NCBI GenBank assembly: GCA_903813345.2
Contig: CAIIXF020000001.1
Coordinates: 38,130,001-38,194,000 of the forward strand
From: Owenia fusiformis
Taxonomy: Eukaryota
Reading direction: 5' to 3'
Length of the DNA stretch: 64,000 bases
The stretch's first letter is position 1. The number at the start of each line of letters is the position of its first letter. Under the pieces are notes generated by a model. It made no database searches. It was not told where the DNA came from and saw only the letters and a program-made list of their open reading frames with translations. Below are positions 54,201-64,000 of the stretch, piece by piece. Position numbers and translations under genes: made by a program.

Positions 54201-56199
54201 GAACTTTGCATTTATTAGATGGAGCAATGAGAACTTTTGTAGTGTGTAGTAGTATACTGATATTTGTTGTTACAGAATTCCAAGAACTGTTCCTGGATTT
54301 TTCATCATAATGTTGGATACCAAATAATGTATTGATGCACCCAGAATAATGAGACATTATTTAGGTGCAGGTTATCCTTGCAAAATATGTTTTATGTTTG
54401 GTAACTAAGCCACTTAATCAGCCATGTTCTCTCACAGTTCCTCGGGGAAAGATCTCCAGCTTACGATCCTCCACTTCATTTATTGCCTGTCTGTTGTTTC
54501 ACCCTGAATTATGATTCGCTTATGAGTAGCGCACTGGGGTCTCCATAGAGGTATTAATCATTAACAAAGTTGATATTATATTGCTCATTCTAACCGGTGA
54601 CTTATGACAGGCGTCCCAGGATACCTGTGTCTTTCCAGACATAAATGTCAGGCTGTTTCTGCTACAAAGTGAGGCAGAAACAAGACGAATCAGGAAGGAA
54701 TCAAATTAATGAAGATTCAGCACCAGTTAGCGTTCTTAATATATAATGTAATTAAGTATGAATGTAGATGCTTTATTTATATTACTGAGTATAGAGAATT
54801 AATATGATCTCTAAATAGTCAAAATATTTCTACTATACCCAACAGAACTAATGGTTTGGTACTTTTATGGATTGGCACTGTTATAGAGGTACCATCGTTG
54901 GTTATTGATAAATTAATTTTGCCAAATATATGTTGAAGCACAAACTGGCAAACTAGCCTTATCTGATTTTTTACTTTTATAGTCATTTGTTTTTCAGTTG
55001 GGTTATATATCTTGAATTCTGTTACCAGATTTTTCAATGGTTAGTTGAAGTGGGTCTTTCATTTTTTGAAGAGGTCTTGCTTGGAGTGGAGATGTTCATA
55101 GAAAGTGGTTTGGCTCACTGGTATCGATTTAAGACTTAAAGAGGCTTTGGTGTAACTTAAAATGTTCTCCAGCATTATGGCAATTTCTTCTGCACAACAG
55201 AATGTGGACATGGTTGAATCAACATGGACATTTTAATACACTTCAAATGTGTCTTGGTTTATTTTGTTCAAGCCTGAGTTATTACTTGATTGATCCATAC
55301 ATAATAGGCTGTATGCTGTTTTCACACTTTCCAATACCTTCTTGATGTGATGTCCGATCCATAAATCAAATCCAAATAGAAATTTGATGAACACTTTTTG
55401 TTGTTGGTGATTGTTTTGGTTCTTAACATTACTGCTATTAGCTATGATAAATTCTGGAGAATGTCTCAAAGGCTATCACTGTTGTATTATTTGTATTATG
55501 ATAAATTGCATACAAGTGAAAGGCAGTGTTAGATTCTTTCGCATATTATGGTTCCTGATTTGATTGAGACATACAGTGCTCCTGATTAGCCTTGATCAAG
55601 TCACAATGTAGCAAATTGTTTGTATGTTTAGATTCTCCCAGGAGAGACTAATTGAGCAGCTTTGATTGATCGCTTAGTCAGATCTGGTTGATGTTTTTGT
55701 GTAGTATACATGGTCAAGGAGGATTTAGGCTCCCAGGGACACAACTTAATATTTTCCAACAATGAAAATGTCAGAATATTGTTACTTTCTGACATTATAA
55801 CTGACTATAAATTCATAATCAAGAGTCCGAAAGATATCTCGATCACTTCTTGTGTGTTTTGGAATATTTTGTTAGACTCGCGATTCAAATTCTGAATTGA
55901 AAATATGGCAGCTGTTTGAATTCAAATTTTATAATCACAACATTTCCATATATGGCAGAATATCAAGTTGGAACCTTTGGAGCCAATCCTCCTCAATAAA
56001 CCTAAAGAGCTACTTCTACATAAGCTAGGCATTGTCAGTCCATTTTTGTATGACTAATGAACTTTCTATTCACTGTACTTTCTATGAAATTAAAAGCATT
56101 TTCAAGAAAAGATTCATGATAAAATATTTGTGTCTGGAACTTCGTTTCATTTTTATCACTTATTTATATCTAATCCTATGCTTTTTAATGTATTTTCAG

Positions 56200-56223
56200 G
56201 AAGTTGGAAGTATCATAGGAAAA
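56200..56223 (+). CDS. PCBP3: PCBP coding exon 2, 24-nt microexon (EVGSIIGK)
   Basis: tattttcag|GAAGTTGGAAGTATCATAGGAAAA|gtgagt; matches the PCBP KH1 motif EVGSIIGK; phase 0/0. Confidence 0.95.
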
Positions 56224-56803
56224 GTGAGTACAAATCTTAAAAGAAAAAATTTTCTCGAGTGATATTTGAACAACAATCTGCCTTGACAAATCGAGAAAAA
56301 ATAAGTAGCTCAATTAATGAAGTTTTCTATCTAATGCTCTATTAATGCTGATTGATTTTTGAGTTACTTTATTTGGTAAATCGTATGTTGGAATAACGAA
56401 TGCAAATGACAGGAAGCTGTTAGCAATCATTCTTGCGACTTTCTTTGTCAGATGCCAAGTAAGCCTAAGTATGAATAGGGAAACAAGAGAGCTCAAATCA
56501 ATATGCCTTTTCCAGAATTTACTTGCAAATATCATGGAAGTGGCAAATCAAGCATTATAGTGACTTAAGTCACATATCTAAAATGTCAATATATTCTTTC
56601 ACTCTTTCCTTCAGCCGAGTGTCAAGAGTTAAAAAATTATTGTTTTTTCGATGTTTACCGAATAAGGATCTAGTTTCATTAATCCTGTTGAGTATCATTT
56701 TCACGTTACCATGGTAATTGGCCATAATTGCATTGATATAAGGTAATGTAATATGGTTAGAATCTCAAGCTAACCATGAAATGTTTTGAACTTGTTTTTT
56801 CAG

Positions 56804-56836
56804 AAAGGGGACAATGTCAAGAAATACAGAGAAGAA
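56804..56836 (+). CDS. PCBP3: PCBP coding exon 3, 33-nt microexon (KGDNVKKYREE)
   Basis: gttttttcag|AAAGGGGAC...GAAGAA|gtaagt; homologous to PCBP KGESVKKMREE; completes the GKKG loop; absent from the ORF track. Confidence 0.95.
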
Positions 56837-58531
56837 GTAAGTAACCATAGCAATAGGTTTATCATATCACCATAGCAGCCATATTTTCTGACTTTCATCC
56901 ATCCTGTGTGAATATGATTTTGTTATGATTTGAAAGATTAATGTGAAGTTAATGTTTAGCATGTGTAACCCAACCTGCTACACCTAATGAATTGCACCTG
57001 TACGGAGTCTTAACTTGCCTCATCATATACATACAATTATATGTTACCTGAAGTTAAACTGCAGCGGTAATCAAAGTGTCCTCATATACATGTATATGTA
57101 CATAACTCTGAGTCTCATATGCAAAACAGTAACAAATCCAAACATAAAAGATGCAACTGGAATTATCATGTTTTGAACAGACGTTAAATGAATTTGAAGC
57201 TCACATTTTGTAGCTTGACTATCATAGAGGAAGCTCATGGGGTAATAATCAAAGTTCATAGCTATATTGGAACTTCACGTGTCTATGCATGAAAGATGGT
57301 AACAGTTTCGGCCTAGATAGCCTAGAACCTGTGAGGAAGATATGGGTTTAACAGGGAGCAACTACAGCGATATATCATAACGCCACTGCCTTCATCATCA
57401 AAGGAAAACTGTGAACTATTCAATTACTAATATCTGGCTTTGTTTTCCAAATCTCCGCTTTAAACATTATGAAAACATATTTGAAATCAATCACTTGTTT
57501 CATCCTGATAAACTCTACCATCTTTCAAGGAAGAAATAAATATAAGATATATGCTTTACAAAATGGGATATTAGTATAAACATTTGAGGATAATATAAAG
57601 TCATACCACCCAGAATGCTGTTCTAAATGCCAGCCAGAGATTGGTACCTGGCACTAAGAATCATCAAATAAGAATGTTTCTCAATTGGTTACCATAGCGA
57701 CTCTTAGCAATTCATTAATATCAAAAATCAAAATGAAAGCCATCGAGATTGAGTGTTGGATAATGACATTCCTTTCATTATGTTTGATGGATAAGTCATA
57801 TTTATAATCTGGGGCTTAATTAAGAAAGGGATTTAGATTCCCTTGATCATGCATGTCAAATTTGGTAAATATTTACCATTGCATGAAGCCACAGAAAATA
57901 ACAGAATCACAACTTAATTTAAGTCTATATTTGATGAATCGGTGTTGGTTCCTCTTCCATTAGCTTCTATATTTCCATAGTTCAATTACAAATGTACATT
58001 TGGAATGTAAGAAAAATAACTTGGTATTAATCTTTGAGGCTTAATCTATTTTCTGTCCTGTGTCACATTATAATCATCTATAATGCCAATACTGGATAAT
58101 ATATAATCATTAGTTCTAATATTTAGTTATAATTTCATTTTGTAGCTCTCCTGTTGCGCAAATATACCATATAATTGGATTGAGGAACTGTATACTTTGT
58201 CAACACTTTTCTTTATTACAAGTGGGAATATTCTAGTGTCGTGTAATATAGAATAAATTTTCTTTTTTATTCCTCAAATACTATTTCGATGTTTTCTAAT
58301 GACTTCCATAGAAATGAAGTGTCCCATGGTCTTATGATCTCTGAATGCTGAGACATTGGGCATGTTAGATCATTTTTGGATGTAGATGGATTGTTTCCTT
58401 ATTAATTTTTCAACTCACATTTGTTCATTTTAAAGGAGAGACTGAGGTAAAATCAGAGCAAAATTTATAGGGTTTCTGATAGTTGTTGATTTATTGGCCC
58501 AACAACATAGGCTGGTTGTACATGTAAATAA

Positions 58532-58699
<168 letters not shown>

Positions 58700-59263
58700 T
58701 GATCATGGAAGTGCAAATGGGGATACTTCATACGGACTCTCTCTTCAGAACTAACTTACCCAAAATAATATTTAATCAGGGCATAGGTAGAGGGGTTGGG
58801 TTAAAGGGGGTAAGGATAGATGAGTCATTTTCTCCATTGGAAGAATTTATTTTGTATGTATAAACAACACTTTGTTTTCTGTATAATAACATAGCAATAT
58901 GACATAAAATGCTCAAAACACATGGCAGTATTATTGCCTTCATACACCAATGGAAATTTAACCAGGTAACCCTGAATCAATATAACAAACAAGACAAGTT
59001 ATAATCTGTTAGATGTCAGGAGGTTAATAATCTATCTTGGAATTTTATTTACAATTAGACATTCTTTATGCTATTTATGGTGCTGGCTGCTATAGTTTGA
59101 TTTTCTATACATATTACTCATTCTGATTCAAAGTATTTTATCCAATTTTATTTGGGAGGTTTTTTTCATGAATGTAAAGAATCATGGTCCTCAGGGATAA
59201 GTTCTCCCCTTAAAAGTGTTTACTTCCCAGGTTGAGTGTAAAGGTATATGTTTCTAATTAGGT

Positions 59264-59350
59264 CACTGGAAAAACAAATTGAGCAGGGGGCACTGGAAAA
59301 ACAAATTGAGGGGGGGGGGGGGCACTTGAAAAACAAATTGAGGAGGGGCA
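59264..59350. repeat. Tandem repeat x3 (about 27-33 bp) with variable G-run
   Basis: cactggaaaaacaaattgag followed by a G tract. Confidence 0.8.
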
Positions 59351-59953
59351 GTTATATCTGGGGTCAGAATATAAAACATTGACATACAGAATTGTTTTAA
59401 CCAAAATGGAGCATATAATTTAAGTTTTAATATGCTAAGGGTAAAATATTTTTAAAAAAACAGATAGACAAAAGAGCAATTCATAGTACAACTGGTCATA
59501 TGAAACAAATCCCCAGCATCCCAAACAGTGACAAAACACACTTGTGAATAATATGGTATTATGTGTGGGTTGAAGGTAGCCAGATAGATAATTTTATGTT
59601 ATGTGAACTTGGGTACATAACCACATTACTACCTGTGGTGTGAGAACATCTAACATGAGATTATTCATCCAAACCTGGGATTCAACTAACTGAAACCATT
59701 CCATCATTTCATCAATGTATATTACGCTTTCTCAAGAATTGTTATTTTAAAATGGTATGTGGTGTGGTTATAGATTTTTTTCATTTTGAGATCATACACG
59801 CTATTTTTTATGTATTGTTTATAAATTGTCCAAGTAAGTGATAGAGGTTCTGTTATTTCTATTGCAATATAATCTAGCAATATTATTGTTCGTACATATC
59901 ATATAAATGTACAAAATATGCCATTAGAAGGACTTCATAATTGTTATTTGTAG

Positions 59954-60172
<219 letters not shown>

Positions 60173-60412
60173 TGAATAGCAATTTCATTTATTATTAGTA
60201 ATATCTGAATCTACCTGCCTCAAAATGAAGGTATTTGTCAGTATTAAAAACATAATCTTAACAGCAAAGAATCTTTAGGTAAAAAGCTGCTCAATGCTAT
60301 AGTGAAAGGTTTTATGGACAAGCTGTTCAACGAATATCTAGACCAGGCTAAAACCTGATTTGAATATGAAAATGATTGATATTAGCCAAAACAGTTGGAC
60401 TAAGCTGATCGA

Positions 60413-60484
60413 TTAAATGTGTCATTTTTATTTCAGTTAAATGTGTCATTTTTATTTCAGTTAAATGTGTCATTTTTACTTCAA
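60413..60484. repeat. 24-bp tandem repeat x3 in intron 5
   Basis: Unit ttaaatgtgtcatttttatttcag. Confidence 0.85.
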
Positions 60485-60763
60485 AGTAATTTATTTTAAA
60501 GGGGAAAGAAAAAGCCAATCTATGCCAAGATCTTTTTAAAATTTAAATGGTTGGCATTTTAAAAATGTTTTGTCATTGCAATGTCCATATAAAAAACAGA
60601 GGGATGGAGGATCTCTTAAATTACTTTCTCAGCAAGTGAGTCATTTTGACACTGCCTAATTAACCCAAGCAGGTGCTTTGTCTGTACAGTGCTACACTTG
60701 GTAGTACTTTCAGATCATATGAGATTAGATATGTTGTTTGACATGTTTGTTTCATGTGTTTAG

Positions 60764-61018
<255 letters not shown>

Positions 61019-62049
61019 TGAATGACTGATCATTGTCATGTTTTTTCATACACGTGCTGAAAAAATGGATGAACCAAATCGGTACAAACTGATTCCAGAC
61101 ATTTGGGCCAGCTTTCGTGTTGCAACCTTTTCATGATGTAACTATTACAATATTGTAAATGGCTATAGTATTTTATGAATAATTATTCATTGCTAGTTTA
61201 ATCATAATTTATGACAGTTTTCAATGATGTGAAATTCTCCAGACATAGAGGTGGTACATAAGATGCATAAAAATATGTTGTAATGTATTGATGTAGTGAA
61301 AGGTGGCAGCACCTGACAGTATGTGCATTTAGCTACTTTAATAAAAATAAGACATTTTTGTAGCTCATATATTCTTGTCTTAATTTATTTTGGTAAAATA
61401 ATTTGTTTACATTTAAACATTATATAACTAATTTTTAAATAACATTATCATTGATTATTGTTTATTTATCATCTTATTATTTCTTATATTATATTATATC
61501 TGTTGTTCTTTCAATACATGTATTCCTTCAGTTTTAGTATTCAATACAGACTTGATATCCTTCGTGAAAACTTTTTCACATTTCAAAGTTTCATAAATTA
61601 TGACATACAATTCAAATTGTGTAAAATTTGCATGTTTTCCATCCAGAATGTCTTCCGATGTTATTCATCAGGGTCAATTTTGGGAGAAGTTTTATCTTTT
61701 CAAATCACTCCTTGCGCATGTGGTTTGATTACGCAGTAGTATCATTGTGTGTTTTGATGATAATCAAATGTTATACAAAATGGTAATGCATGCCTATCTG
61801 TTCTGATTCTCAAGCATTCTGACAATTAATTGAGTTGCTGAACATTTTGCTTTTCAATCACGATCATAGCCTTTGCCTAGATATGAATATTCTAATGATC
61901 ATTTCATTAACAAATTTGCATCCTACAATAAGATTGTTTGTATTAATAGATCTCAGTTCTTGTACTATGAAAAGATCATGAAATATACATCTGCCAAAGG
62001 CTCATCTAACTGTTATTTATGCGTTATTAAAATATGAACTTATTGAGAT

Positions 62050-62355
62050 TTTTCTCCCTTTTTGCAGGATTCAAGAGTTCCGCTGTTTTCCCCTTTTCCT
62101 TTAGTGTACCACCACCATTACCATTACGTAACCCCTTAATACATTTAGAAGCTTGCCGTAGGGCTTGGTATTTCCTCGTTCGTCGTGAATGTGCTCTTTC
62201 TTTAGGTGCACGCAAGAGAGCTATTCCCTACACGTCACCCAGTACAAGTTTTATTTTAGCTTTTTTTACAGATCGGTGGTTCCTCATGTCACATGACCAC
62301 CACCTATGTATGCCCTCTATAGGCCTAAACCTAAACCTTCCCTTTCTATCCGCAG
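62050..62355 (+). promoter_or_regulatory. Putative splicing-regulatory block: C-rich pyrimidine tracts with several alternative 3' splice sites, each leading to a premature stop
   Basis: AG acceptors giving exon starts at 62068, 62105, 62206, 62260, 62272 and 62323; 10 CpGs in about 290 nt in otherwise CpG-poor DNA. Confidence 0.55.
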
Positions 62356-62478
62356 TCCCCTCCTAAAGGTGCGACCATCCCCTACCGTCCAAAACCTGTC
62401 ATGCCGCCTGTTATCTTTGCTGGAGGCCAGGCATTCACAGTTCCGGGACAGTTCCCAGCCATGCCACAGCCACAAGAT
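62356..62478 (+). CDS. PCBP3: PCBP coding exon 7 (SPPKGATIPYRPKPVMPPVIFAGGQAFTVPGQFPAMPQPQD)
   Basis: ccctttctatccgcag|TCCCCT...CAAGAT|gtaagt; 123 nt; SPPKGATIPYRPKP and PVIFAGGQ are conserved PCBP post-KH2 motifs. Confidence 0.95.
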
Positions 62479-63246
62479 GTAAGTTGCATTTATGATAACT
62501 TTACATAATAATAATAATATTTATTATCTGTTAATTAATGAAATTATTCTGTAGTCCCCTGTCCCCTGTTATTAAGGATAAGCTTAAATATTGTCATTTT
62601 ATGATTCACTTGTTTATATTAAGTTATACCATACTTATGCATTATTATAAATAAACTCATATTGTCAATGTATGACAGAAAATTTTATTCTCTGTAGTAA
62701 AGATGTTTGATGTTACAAATTCTACCAAAATATTAACTTAGGAGAGGGGATTTTATAGCTAAGCAATAATTCATAATCTATACAAAAATTATGATGTAGA
62801 ATTATGCTTGTGTAATTGACATTTCTAGATCCATTGGCATGGTCAATAATGTCAATTTAGGAGAAATCATTTAACTTTTACTTTCTGCTGATGACTCTAA
62901 GCCTGCTTTAAGGCCTGTTGAAAGGTTAAGTTTTAATCAAAATGTTCTATCTGAAACTATTCCGCCTAACAGGAGAATTAGGTGATGACTCTGGGAAAGG
63001 TGTCTGTTTATCTTACCAATGGGTTGTAAGTGGGGAGAATTTAATGATGATTCTGTGCCTAAAGAACAGCCCAGTGGGTAATTAGATGGGAGTCTATTAA
63101 AGTGTTTGTGTAAATGATGTTTAGATGTTTATCATCCAAATGGAGAGTTATATTGGAAATTATTTATGTGTATGTTGACTAAAGCTCAGTGGGTGGGAAT
63201 CTATTGACCAATATGTGTTATTCATGTTTATATGTCTGTTTACTAG

Positions 63247-63421
63247 CCCAATGGGCAACTAGGTGGTATGAATGGGGAGGAGTTGATGCAAGGCCCACAG
63301 GGAATGCTGAACACAAATATGTTATTGCAGATCCAGAAACAGATGGCAATGCAACAGAGCTTATCTGCTATGCCACACCTCATGCCAGGACTATCTGCTG
63401 CCCAGCCAGGTCTCATACAAA
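63247..63421 (+). CDS. PCBP3: PCBP coding exon 8, KH2-KH3 linker (PNGQLGGMNGEELMQGPQGMLNTNMLLQIQKQMAMQQSLSAMPHLMPGLSAAQPGLIQ); gene continues past the window
   Basis: tgtttactag|CCCAAT...CAAA|gtgagt; open in phase 0, ends phase 1; QMAMQQS resembles vertebrate QLAMQQS. Confidence 0.8.
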
Positions 63422-64000
63422 GTGAGTACAACCGAAGCTTTTCTGGCTTTTGCTGTGTTTGATATTCATCTAGGAACTCTGTCAAATATCAATAGTTTTG
63501 CATGATGACTTGTTCCCATTTCCTTAATTTGGTGAATGCTGTTGACACATTGTCACCCATTCAGTGTTCTTTGTTTTTCTTAGAACAAGATCGATTTTTC
63601 ACCTCTCACCTCCTCCCATGGTATTTGCCTGCTTGATCTCTCATACCCTTAAAATATGTTGATTTTACATTCTGCTTTCCTCATTGATAACTGGAAGAAT
63701 AGAAATTGTGAATGTGAACCAGTAAGAAGGATCACTGTGAAATCAACTGAAATAAGTATGAATGGGTTGAATCTGCAAATCACAATAAGTGAATCAGTCG
63801 TCTGATATGGTAAAAGTCTATGTATCGACGGCAATGATTCTTTGAGCAGCTGTTGACTTCTTCATTTTTTTATATTAATTTTATGTTTAAACCATGTGAG
63901 GCATTCTATAGATTGATTCCCCTTCAGCTTGCATTTCTTTTTATTCCTTTATTGTGTTTTTTTTATATTTGCGTTCGTAAGTTTTCAGAAGAAACATTTT

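Noticed and set aside
60413..60484. Repeated tttttatttcag acceptor-like motifs in intron 5
   Set aside because: Product of a simple 24-bp tandem repeat; no downstream donor or coding similarity.
62034..62366. 110-aa ORF over the exon 7 upstream block, and antisense ORF 62027-62215
   Set aside because: Non-ATG start, out of frame with exon 7, no strong acceptor enters this frame and no recognisable domain; explained by locally higher GC.
63961..64000. Possible acceptor gttttcag at 63988 for the next PCBP exon
   Set aside because: Only 12 nt follow before the window ends, so it cannot be evaluated.

Overview
AT-rich, CpG-poor eukaryotic (invertebrate animal, probably lophotrochozoan) genomic DNA, almost all intronic or intergenic. 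The only supportable gene is a + strand poly(rC)-binding protein (PCBP/hnRNP E, Drosophila mub orthologue). Eight GT-AG coding exons run from 45484 to 63421 and encode KH1, KH2 and the linker; KH3 lies beyond the window. The first 45 kb has no credible ORF and is probably 5'-UTR intron or upstream DNA, carrying small non-autonomous DNA transposons and minisatellites. These include four copies of a TACCCT-ended MITE with 9-bp TSDs, a 121-bp-arm foldback, and a 32-bp CATG-ended P-like footprint. The most interesting structure is a C-rich, CpG-retaining 290-nt block just upstream of exon 7. It holds a ladder of alternative 3' splice sites that all introduce a stop codon, a candidate autoregulatory AS-NMD switch. 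All coordinates were read by eye and no database searches were run.
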